A DNA stretch of 64,000 bases from Ramazzottius varieornatus (Eukaryota; Animalia; Tardigrada): positions 569,401 through 633,400 of the forward strand of contig BDGG01000007.1 of assembly GCA_001949185.1 (NCBI GenBank), given 5' to 3'. The translations under genes and the position numbers were made by a program. Shown here one piece after another: positions 37,088 through 47,906 of this stretch; position 1 is the first letter of the stretch, and the number at the start of each line of letters is the position of its first letter. The notes beneath the pieces are model-generated. The model saw nothing but the letters and a program-made list of their open reading frames with translations. It was not told the DNA's origin and did no database searches.

Positions 37088-38212
37088 TGTCACAATACGG
37101 TCGACTCCTGCTCGTTCTCAAATGTAGTCGATCCTTCTTCACGCTAATTAGCGAGGGGGAGAGGTGGTTCGACAACCCAGCAGAGGTCCGACGCGCCGTA
37201 CCACTGTTGACGCCGATAACAGATACACCGCACTCAAGTCTGACTAATCTTGCCAACTTTGTTTCTGGCCTTGCACTACACGGAACAATGGAGATAATCT
37301 TAGCACTCAGACACTGCACGCTGCAGATATTCGGCAGTGATGGCTATATCTAACTAGCTAAATAATCATGTCAGTTACGAGGTATTGTATAGCCCGGTAG
37401 CTTTCTGGTATCATAAGATTGAACGTTCTGTGAAAATCTTGACGCCCTGCTTGCCAAACTTGACTTTGCGGTTGGAAAGAAACACGAGGTGCGCTAACAA
37501 GATGTAGAGTGTAATAACTCAGCTGTTTCCGGAAATCTAACGCCACCAGTAGGCTCGAGAGTCATGACGGAGCATCCCTTCTGGCATCTTATCATAAACG
37601 TCAAAGCTTTAACAATAATGCACCACTGGCGTCAAACGCCCTAGTCTCCTCTCAAATCTATGAAAGACACGGGGTGAGCATGGATAACTAAATGGTTTCA
37701 TTCACTTGCTCGCCGGTAGATACTTCTGCTTCGTCACCAGCTTTTTGGTGTTCGGTCAAACTGAGCAGCGACATTGGCGGTATTGAGTTTAGCGTTAGAC
37801 CGCATCAGTGCTTAAGCTTCTTTCGAAGTTTCTCGCTTGGATTACTGTTTGCCAAGAAACACTTCGTAAGTGCGTGCGTATCGGTGACAAAGCAAATGGG
37901 GCTCTCCGAAACTCGAGCTTAAAGAAATTGCTGGTTTTCGACTCGTTAGTAAATTGTCATGCCAGCCGTACGGAACCGCCCTCGCAACAGACTTCAGATC
38001 CCCAAGGAGGTTCTCGCTGCATAGTATAATGCATCGGTATGTTATTGCTGATTACTATTTCATTGGTAATCCGTGCGGCCATGATTCGCCCGTTAATGTT
38101 CATCAGTGCGGAATAATGATCAGTGCTGATGTCTGGCAAACGACGAAGCAGGTCATGACCCAAATGCTCGAACTCCCCTAATTACAGGGCTTACAAAGGT
38201 TCATCTTACCGG

Positions 38213-38403
38213 ATAAGTCCGGTAAGATAAACCAGACCGGAACAGCGCAGATAGGTTGTTGGGTAAATCGGGCGTAAATGTTTTCCTGGTACTGTTGTTT
38301 TCTCGTAAGCAACGCTTATCGAAGAACCTTGATGGGCCATTTTCTTTGCTTACAATCTCGACAGAACAAGAGAGTGCGACGTCTTGATGGAACTAACCGG
38401 ACA
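38213..38403 (+). pseudogene. Duplicated last intron and last exon fragment of the adjacent GPCR
   Basis: agtccggtaag...aaaccagac...gcttatcgaagaacctt...cgatctcgaca-like...aagagagt...ggaactaaccggac aligns to 39403-39596; the acceptor AG is lost. Confidence 0.75.
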
Positions 38404-38599
38404 TAGGATACAGTTTCCGCTTTCCAGGATCTGCGTCAAGTTCATTATATCGAGACACGTTCATGTTCATGTTCTGGCGCAGTTGTTCACTAGAGTCAGA
38501 TTTTTCCGCGTTGTCATTACCCGACCTTCTACATATTACCGAATTGATTGGCTCTGCTCTGTGCCGATTTTTCCCGTGACACTATCAAAACTTCCAGGA

Positions 38600-39635
38600 A
38601 TGAATAACACGACATTTTCCTCCAATACAGAACTCGGCTGGGTTGGTGTCAACGCAGTCCTTCATTGCTTTGCTCTTCTGACCAACTTGACCTTTGTCAT
38701 GGTGGCTGTCATTGATCGAACAGGTCTTGCTGGACCTCGGCTTCTCATTCTAAACCTGGCAGTGTGCGGCCTTATCCTCTCTGCCGGTTGGTATCCAGCC
38801 ACAACCTTCATGGCTCAACGCTGGCAGCCTGACCCTCCGCCTTCTTGCTCATTCTTCGCAGGCACCATCTTCTTCGTCACTGCCACCAACTGGTCCGATG
38901 TCCCGCTGGCTATCAACCGCATCGTGGCCATCTGTTTCCCACTCTACTATCGCTCGTTCAACACCCGGCTAGTTTCCTGCGTCATGATCATTTTGAGCTG
39001 GGTCGTTCCGCTGGCGCTGGTCCTTCTGACGTTCTTTAGAATTGGCGCGGCTTTTGTTGGTGCGCCATATGGTACATGCGTCATTCGAGCTCTTCGGCCT
39101 TTCGGAAAAATTTACAGTTTTGTTCCGGCAGTCATTCCGTTCGCGCTAGTTGGATTGGCGTGCTGTGAGCTGTTCACAGCGGCCCACCTGAAGACAAGGG
39201 TTTCCAATAAGTTGTCTACCAGATCGAAGCGGCTACTCAAGCGACGGTTGAATATTGCTACAGCCATGTTGGCTACCTTGATGTGGCACGTGCTGATGTC
39301 CTTTCCGATCATTTACGTGTCATATGGCTTGCCGCAGGTCATTTCACAGAAACCATGGCTGGGCAACGTAATACGAGGCTGCACCACGCTGGAATTTGCG
39401 ATTAGTCCGGTAAGTTAAACCAGACAGAGATAACGAAAAGATTGATAGATTATTGGGTGAATTTGGCGTTAATGTTTTGCAGGTACTGTTTCTTCTCGTC
39501 AGCAAAGCTTATCGAAGAACCTTAATGCGCCATCCTCTGTGTTCACGATCTCGACAAAATAAGAGAGTAGGACCTCTCAGTGGAACTAACCGGACTTACA
39601 ATCCATCTGAGCTAGGCTTGGCACGGATAAGATAG
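38600..39635 (+). CDS. Orphan rhodopsin-family (class A) GPCR
   Basis: Exons 38600-39409 and 39483-39635. Seven hydrophobic segments, N-terminal NNT sequon, LILNLAV, LAINRIVAICFPLYYR (DRY equivalent), SW, SPVLFLLVSKAYRR. Confidence 0.85.
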
Positions 39636-40219
39636 GTCTTTATTCATTTTCTATCCGTGGATTTCGTGTTTTCGGGTAAAAAAGTGGATAAGGACGAAAA
39701 AACCGGATAAGAACCACAGCACTTTGACTGATTGTTCGCATTCATCATTATAATTATTAATCATTTGATCTATATAATTTGATTGTTAACTTTTTGATTG
39801 GCTGCTACGTAGTAAAGGTCAACTGCCCTAATTTTTCTTAGTATTGGTCCATCTTTTCATGGTTTACACAATAGCGGATAACTTTTAATGGTGAGTATGT
39901 ATTCTTGTTGTTGTGTACGCCGCTGTTTGTCTTGAGTTTCCTGTTTCCCACTCTTGTTACGTGCAACGGTTCGATGAAGGTGCCATGTGCAGACAAGGTC
40001 ACCTGCAGAAACGGTCACCTGCGGACAGGTGCCCACCCATCTTCGTTCCCAATTAGAGTTGAACGTATTCGATTGCTGTGCGGAAGTGATACCGACAACT
40101 TCTCGGGCTGGGCCTTCCGAAGATCAAGCAGCAGTAACTATTTCCCCATCTCCAGCTAGTGGCTCTAACCAGTATGGAGGACGAGCGAATGCGTAGACGC
40201 ACAGGGTTTGCGAGTACAG

Positions 40220-40420
40220 TCCTGCGGCTCGGTCGAATACGCAATTAGCCCGGTAAGCCAGACAGGAAGTAGGTCAGATACTGGTCACGTTTCAGATCCG
40301 CTGGAAAACATCTATTTTGCGGAGCCTTTTTCTCCTTATCAGCAACTCGTTCAGAAGAATCTTGAAGCGTCATCTATTGTCTACTGGGATTTCCGGGGAC
40401 CATAAAACTGCGCCGCTTAG
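40220..40420 (+). pseudogene. Second, more diverged 3' fragment of the same GPCR family
   Basis: VEYAISP|gtaag followed by ttctccttatcagcaactcgttcagaagaatcttgaagcgtcat (LLISNSFRRILKRH), similar to LLVSKAYRRTLMRH. Confidence 0.6.
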
Positions 40421-40596
40421 TCGATGTATCCGCACCGCTAGGGCGCCCCATTGGGAAGAATGAGTTGGCACGCATAACATGTTCCCACTCGCCTTACTGT
40501 TATTTGGCCGTCGCAAACTATCAATATGTAGCGGCGACATTCTTTCACTTCTCCACGATGCTTTACACCTTCAACGACAAGGCTTCTTTTGTCCAG

Positions 40597-40828
40597 TTCA
40601 AGAAATTAGGATTCAGCAAGCCTTTGTCATGTTAAGTACGAGGAGAGAGGTCTTACTTTGCCCAGCGTACAACTTTGCGCATGTACGTCACCTCTACGTC
40701 ACGAAGCCTAAGAAGCCTGCACGTAGCTCGTGACGTAGAGTGAGGAAAGTTGTACGCTGAGCAAAGTAAGACCTTGCTCCTCGTAATCAAATAAATATAC
40801 GACTGCTCGAGTTCTAATTTGCTCTGAA
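40597..40828. mobile_element. Foldback/MITE-like palindromic element
   Basis: tacgaggagagaggtcttactttgcccagcgtacaacttt (40637-) and aaagttgtacgctgagcaaagtaagaccttgctcctcgta (-40785), inner ctctacgtcacga/tcgtgacgtagag, weaker outer arms. Confidence 0.75.
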
Positions 40829-41001
40829 TTTGCTTAATTTGTTTTGACTATCGTGTTTGATAAAATGACAGCCAGAGACATACCAGGACACTGTATCAGA
40901 CATGTGAAGTCTCCTTTCGCGCATATTTATACCTGTCCTTCAGAGCACAACGCTTGTCGCGACTTATGTTCATCTCAACCGCAAGTGAGCAATTCCCAAC
41001 C

Positions 41002-43219
41002 ATGAGGGCTCCCCTCTGCGTTCTTGTCTTATGGGTAGGTTTTCTGAGTTGTTTCCTCTGTTTCGACGATGGACACAGAAAAGCGAAACTTGGCCCAGCT
41101 GCAATCGAGGGGAAAATCTCAGGCTCATCAACGACATGACTTTGGCGGAAAAGCTCGGCCAACTGCAACAGCTTTCGGGAACGTGGTATGGTGAGGTGGC
41201 AGACTACGACATCCCTCCAATAAAGCAAGGCCTTGCCGGCTCTATCCTCAACGTCCACGGGGCGGCTAGGACCAACCAGATTCAACGTTGGGCTCTGGAG
41301 TCGCGACTAAAAATTCCAGTTCTTATTGCCGTCGACGTCATTCACGGATTTCGTACACTGTTTCCCATCCCTCTGGATGAAACGGCCAGTTGGGACCTCG
41401 AAGCCGTAGAGCAGGCAGCTGCCATCGCAGCAGCCGAAGCGCGCTCTGTTGGAATCCATTGGACCTTTGCGCCCATGTTTGACGTCATGCGGGATCCTCG
41501 CTGGAGTCGCATCGTGGAAGGATCTGGTGAAGATGTTCATCTGGGAAACTTGATGGCTAAAGCTCGAATCCGTGGATTCCAGGTCAGTTGTCAGGACAGT
41601 CGAGGTCAAGGTGAATACACTCTAATGTCACGCTTCGGTGTGTTTCAGGGTACGGATTACAGTGCGCCCGATAGGGTCCTGGCCTGCGCCAAGCACTTTG
41701 CTGCCTACGGAGCAGCTGAGGCCGGTCGGGATTACAATGGTGCCGACATGAGCGAACGAAGACTGCGAGAAATCTACCTCCCTCCATTCAAGGCCGCCGT
41801 CGACGCCGGTGTCGGGTCTTTCATGACCGCATTCAACGACCTCAGTGGTGTGCCGGCAACGGATAACAAGTTCTTACTCACCAAAGTCTTACGTGACGAA
41901 TGGAAGTTTGACGGACTGGTAGTGTACGACTGGGATGCAGTGTACGAACTGATAAACCATCAGTATGCCACAAATAAGAGCGAAGCAGCCATGCACGCCG
42001 TCAACGCCGGAACCGACATGGAGATGAACAGTCGCACATATGTTACCCACGGCGCCCAGCTCATCCAGTCGGGCAAAGTGTCCACTGGGACGGTCAACAC
42101 TGCTGTACGAAACATCGTGCGAATTAAATTCCGTTTGGAACTGTTTGATAACTCTTTCACTGATGAAACACTCGAAAGCCAGACGCTTTTCAAAGAAAAA
42201 TTTGTGGCCGCTGCGAGGAACATTACAGCTCGCACGATGGTCCTCTTGAAGAACGAGAACAACCTTCTACCCGTTAGTACAACCATTGGAAAGCTCGCCG
42301 TGATTGGTGGACTGGCTGCGGATAAGTATGAGACCACCGACCACTGGCCTGGCGACGTTCACTGGCAAAATTTTGTGACTATGCTGGATGGTATCATGAC
42401 CAAGTTGGGAGTTACCAGTACCAATGGTCAAGTCACTTACGCAGAAGGTTGTGACGCGTACTGCTCGAATACTTTGACGTTCGACAACGCCGTTCGTGTC
42501 GCACGAGCAGCTGACTTCGTGGTGGTGGCCGTTGGTGAGCCCAGAGAATATTCAGGGGAAGCCGGCTAAATGGCTAACATGGACTACCCGGACATCACCT
42601 AGAACTGGTCCAGCGAGTGCATAAAACCGGGAAACCATACGCTGTGGTGCTGGTCAACGGTCGACCGATGACGATTGAATGGCTGGCGGAAAATGCGCTA
42701 GCCATTCTGGTCACGTGGCGCTCCGGCTCGATGGGTGGTCACGCGGTGGCGGATGTGCTGTTCGGAGACGTGAATCCGAGTGGCAAGTTACCAATGTCGT
42801 TTCCTCGAAATGTCGGCCAGATTCCAGTCCATTATGACCACAAGAACACGGGAAGACCGATTGACAAAGCAAGCGGATCGCTGACTGAACGCTACCGCTA
42901 TCTCAATACGCCGAACTCGCCGTTGTATCCTTTCGGCTTTGGTCTGAGCTACAGGACTTTCGTAGTCGAGCACTTGCAGTTATATGTCCCGACTGTAGCA
43001 GCGGACCAGGACGTGCGGTTGGCAGTGACTGTAAGGAATGCCGAACAGCGAGACGGTCAAGAAGTGGTGCAAGTGCATGACGACTGGCGCTGGAAAGTGG
43101 AAGCCGGTGTATTTGAAATTTACGTAGGTGGCAACAGTGACGCCAGCCTGAAGGCCACTCTGACCGTCGCAAACACCCTTCGTGAACCTGTCGAGCACCC
43201 TGCAGCCTCTCCAGCCTGA
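41002..43219 (+). pseudogene. GH3 beta-glucosidase (BglX-like) pseudogene
   Basis: Signal peptide from ATG 41002 is out of frame with LAEKLGQL (frameshift near 41120). Intron 41583-41648. VVSDW changed to VVYDW. TAA at 42567-42569 plus a frameshift. Large deletion in the C-terminal Fn3-like domain (VVQV joins HDDWRW). Confidence 0.9.
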
Positions 43220-44049
43220 ATAGTTTCAATGCTACCTAATGCGCGCAAGACACTAGAAAATGGGACGACTGTTGAGAAAAACAGCAGTGCCTCCTTGATC
43301 CCATATAGGAGCCCGAATAAATGCTGAGTCATTTTTCTTGTCTCTTCGAACCACCTCCCTCGAATGATTGTGATACATGCGCCTATCGCCGACCGATCCT
43401 ATCGGTATTCCAGCCTACTGGCTATAGGGCTAAAGCCACCAATAGGCACAGTCTCATCATAGTCTCAAATTCTCCGAATCATCTTCCATGATACCTTTAT
43501 GGGAGTGTCCATGCGCCGTTAGTACCTTGCACTGACCTCCAACATTGGTTGGTATAGTGTATGGTTGGAACAGTGTATTGGTAAGAGTGACATTATATGC
43601 ACAAGAATAGGGGACGACTGGACCCTGGCTTTCAGGTACGCGCAGCGTGTTGCTGACCATAGCTACGTCAGTACATTAGTAATGTACTGTAGTAATGTAC
43701 TGTAAAGCTTCTTGAACTTCGCGACCTGCGTCACAGTAAGCGTGTTGTATGCCCCATCATACCCATAAACTGTACGCGTACTGTAACGTCAGTTCGCGAT
43801 GTATGCGAAAACAGAATGCGAAAAGTTAACCGAAGAACTTGCGGTAGCCGCGTTCGGCGGAAGGGGAATGCAGGACATCGTCCGCTGAAGCAAAAGCTTT
43901 CTGTAGTCGGAATGCATAATTTCCTGTGATACATATGTGATATATTTATGTAGTTCGCCCATCTGATAACTGTTACGCGCAGCTGAAGAAGAACTTATGC
44001 AAAGAAGGCTGTAGTAAATCCCTGAAAGCGGAGTTATCAAAAATCTTTT

Positions 44050-44209
44050 CTTACAGGGTGTCCCGGTTACTCCCACGAGTGGATGACTTTCTTCGCTTTG
44101 ACATTCAGAGCACTGGGCAGAAATTACATGGCGTTAACACCAATCACTGGCTATCGCAATGCTTTGTTTTGATTAGACAATCAAAATCGCCTGGTCCATG
44201 ATCAGCTTA
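44050..44209 (-). pseudogene. Degenerate 28S rRNA fragment (~160 nt)
   Basis: Minus strand ggaccagg...tgtctaatcaaaacaaagcattgcgat...gtgttaacgccatgtaatttctgcccagtgctctgaatgtcaaagcgaagaaa...gggagtaac...gacaccctgtaag matches the conserved LSU core TGTCTAATTAAAACAAAGCATTGCGATGG...TTTCTGCCCAGTGCTCTGAATGTCAAAGTGAAGAAA...GGGAGTAACTATGACTCTCTTAAG. No other rDNA is nearby. Confidence 0.85.
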
Positions 44210-44731
44210 TTATGATCAGTGGATTAATTTCGTCATCCGATTTCCACTTTCGGGGCAATTCGGCCCACTTAGTCTCCGATCGGCACTCACCCAGACTGGT
44301 CTTGCAAAGCGGAAGCCTGCCGATAGAAGCAATCAAATGCAGAAGAGCGCTTTGGCGGGCACTTACTACCAACCATCTTCCTCCAACCTCCGTACATGTG
44401 ACAACATCGGCGCACGCTTAACGCTCTTCGTGTTGATTACGTAGCTGAAACTGGTATCACAGTCTTTGGCATTGTCAGTTGTCACGCTTTACATTCAGAT
44501 CAATGGCTTATCCGCTGCTCAAGCTGTAATTCACTTTGCTGTGACTACGAAACTGATAAAAGTGACAACTGAGGAAATACCTACCCAGTAATTTGGATGT
44601 AAGCGAGTGTCGAGCCGGTAGACATAGCCGCATTTATTCAGTCTTCTGCTGAAGGACCAGGTCACTTAGAACAGTGTCAAGCTCAGAACCCATCGGCTGG
44701 TCCCAAGTCAGATTTTGTACCAGTAGTTACA

Positions 44732-47485
44732 ATGAGGAGCCTCATCTACTTAACTTTGTCATGTACTCTTTTATCCACTTGCGTATTCGGGTATCCTCAC
44801 GGACAGAAGAACCCGAAACTCAGCCCTGCAGAGATTGAGGAGGAAATCTCCAGGCTTATCAATGACATGATCCTACCGGAGAAGCTCGGTCAGCTGCAAC
44901 AGCTCGCGGGAGATTGGTACGGAGAGGTGGGTCCCAGTGACATTCCACTGGTCAAACAAGGTCTAGTCGGATCTATCCTCAACGTCCATGGAGCTGCGCG
45001 AACCAATCAGATTCAACGCTGGGCTCTGGAGTCGCGACAAAAGATCCCTGTTCTGATTGGCTTCGACGTCATTCACGGATTTCGTACACTGTTTCCCATC
45101 CCTCTGGGTGAAACGGCCAGTTGGGACCTCGAAGCCGTAGAGCAGGCAGCTGCCATCGCAGCAGCCGAAGCGCGCTCTGTTGGAATCCATTGGACTTTCG
45201 CCCCTATGGTGGATGTCATGAGAGACCCTCGCTGGGGCCGTGTGATGGAAGGCTCGGGCGAAGATGTCTTTTTGGGGAGTGAAATGGCGAAAGCACGAGT
45301 TCGTGGATTCCAGGTTGGTTTGACCGGAAAAAAAATTTGATTTGCTTGAGTCTTTGTTCTTGGTGTTCGATGAAACTTCAAAGATTCAAAATCTGAAATG
45401 ACAGTGTACTATTCAAAGACAAATGACTTCGTGGGCTTTGTTCGGTTCCGTGTTGCTAATATGCATTTGTTTAGGGCGGCGACTACAGCGCCCATGACAG
45501 AGTCCTGGCCTGCGCCAAGCACTTTGCTGCCTACGGAGCAGCTGAGGCCGGTCGGGATTACAATGGTGTTGACATGAGCGAACGAAGACTGCGAGAAATC
45601 TACCTTCCTCCATTCAAAGCCGCTGTCGACGCCGGTGTCGGGTCTTTCATGACCGCATTCAACGACCTCAATGGTGTGCCGGCAACGGGTAACAAGTTCT
45701 TACTCACCAAAGTCTTACGTGACGAATGGAAGTTTGACGGACTGGTAGTGTCCGACTGGGACGCTGTGTTAGAACTGATAAACCACCAGTACGCTACCAA
45801 CCAAAGCGAAGCTGCCATGTACGCGCTCAACGCCGGTACCGATATGGAAATGGCTAGTCGCACTTACGTCACGCACGGTGAACAATTGATCCGGTCGGGT
45901 AAAGTCTCTATCGAAACGGTTAATACTGCTGTCCGAAACATACTTCGAATCAAGTACCGTATGGGCTTGTTTGACAACCCCTTCATCGATGAGAATTTAG
46001 AGAGCGCCACACTATTTAAACAGGAGTTTTTAGACGCTGCCAGAAACATCACAGCTCGTACTTTTGTCTTGCTGAAAAACCAAGGGAATATTTTACCGAT
46101 CAGTAAAAGTATCGGGAAGCTCGCTGTGATTGGAGGACTTGCAGCGGACAAGTTCGAAACAACGGACCACTGGCCTGGCGACGTTCAGTGGCAAGATTCG
46201 GTGACAATGCTGCAAGGTATCATGACCAAGCTTGGTGTAACCGATACCAATGGACAAGTCACTTACGCTGAAGGGTGTGACACTTACTGTAGGAACACTT
46301 CGGTGTTCGACCGGGCTGAGCAGGTTGCCAGACAAGCTGACTTCGTGGTGGTGGTAGTTGGCGAGCCGAGGGAGTATTCAGGTGAAGCCGGTTCGATGAC
46401 CAATATTGGTTTGCCAGGATACCATTTAGACCTGGTGAAACGAATCCATTCGACTGGGAAACCATACGCTGTGGTGCTGGTCAACGGTCGACCGATGACG
46501 ATTGAATGGCTGGCGGAAAATGCGCCAGCCATTCTGGTCACGTGGCGCTCCGGCTCGATGGGTGGTCACGCGGTGGCGGATGTGCTGTTCGGGGACGTGA
46601 ATCCGAGTGGCAAGTTACCAATGTCGTTTCCTAGAAATGTCGGCCAGATTCCAGTCCATTATGACCACAAGAACACGGGAAGACCGATTGACAAAGCAAG
46701 CGGATCGCTGACTGAACGCTACCGCTCAAAGTACATCGACTCCTTGAACTCACCACAGTATCCGTTCGGGTATGGCCTAAGCTACACCAGGTTTGCTTTT
46801 GAGAATCTGCAGCTGAATACCACGAGCATAACTGCGGAGCAAAGTGTGCAGGTTGGCGTGAGTGTGCGAAACACCGGACAGCGAGACGGTGAAGAGGTCG
46901 TTCAGGTTTATGTTCGGGATGTCGCAGCCAGTATTACTCGGCCTGTTCGTCAACTGAAGGCTTTCAAGAAAGTCAAGGTAGCGGTGGGTCAAACGGTGCG
47001 CATAGAACTTATACTCAAACCGGAAGATTTGGGTTTCCTGGATGACAACTGGCAGTGGAAAATCGAACCTGGCGTCTTCGAGATCTATGTCGGTAACAAC
47101 AGCGACACAACCATGCAGGCAAACCTAACAGTTACAACTGCTGCATCAGAGGTCATCGGCACTAGTACTGCTACTGCTGTCCCGGTTACAAGTTCAACCA
47201 CCGTTAATATTGGGTAAGTCCGCCAACTGTTTAGTATTTCAAGAAGGGTTTGGAAACAATTATGCTCAAAAGTTCTAAACCTCTGGATCTGCCATTTTCC
47301 TTTGCTCGTTTTCGTGGTTTTAATACTGATAAGTTTGATAGCGTTTAAGTTCGGTCGGTCTTCGAGTGTGGTGTCGCAATTTGTATAACTCTGCACTTTT
47401 CAGGGAATCGTCGACTCACGGAGCCGCATCGTCCATCCAGTTCTCTGTGCCACTCATAGCTATCTTCTTACTGCTTGTGTTCTAG
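44732..47485 (+). CDS. GH3 beta-glucosidase, bacterial BglX-like, with signal peptide and predicted GPI-anchor tail
   Basis: Exons 44732-45313, 45475-47213, 47404-47485. Motifs EKLGQL, FDVIHGFRT, RDPRWGRVMEGSGED, KHFAAYG, VVSDW (nucleophile Asp), SGEAGS, NPSGKLPMSFP, YPFGYGLSY, RPVRQLKAFKKV. Last exon gives GESSTHGAASSIQFSVPLIAIFLLLVF*; without this splice the ORF stops at 47217. Confidence 0.92.
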
Positions 47486-47906
47486 CTACGGCGTAATTGA
47501 TTCGTAAACTTTGACCATTCGGAATCGTCTCCAATCGAAATTCACGATAGCCAAAACCAATTTTATTGGACGCGTCAGATACCAGCTTCATGGGCGATCT
47601 GGCTGTATGATCCTTTAGATTTCGAGAAAGAAGAAAAGTATCAAAGAGTTCTTTGTAACTTCATGACAAAGGTTCGTTAGCGAAACGTACATTGGCGTAC
47701 GTACTTTAACGATTTCTTCGAGTGGTAGTGGCGTTATATTTTTGGTGGTAGTTGCTTGGGAATTCACGTTGTGATGGTTGTCTTTTCTGGAATATTTAGT
47801 CGGAAGTTTGAATACTTGTGTTCGGTCGCATTTTGTTATCAATTTGGTCTTTGGTACTTTGGTTCTCAATACTTGTGTTTGAATACTTGTGTCCAGTTTT
47901 TGATAC

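Noticed and set aside
38184-39725. GPCR captured inside a transposon (ccggataag motifs on both sides)
   Set aside because: The putative terminal repeats match too weakly and no target-site duplication is visible.
44050-44209. Functional rRNA gene
   Set aside because: Only ~160 nt, with substitutions and a deletion in normally invariant positions and no flanking rDNA.
41002-47485. GH3 genes as bacterial contamination
   Set aside because: They have spliceosomal introns at a shared position, a spliced C-terminal exon and continuous animal flanking genes.
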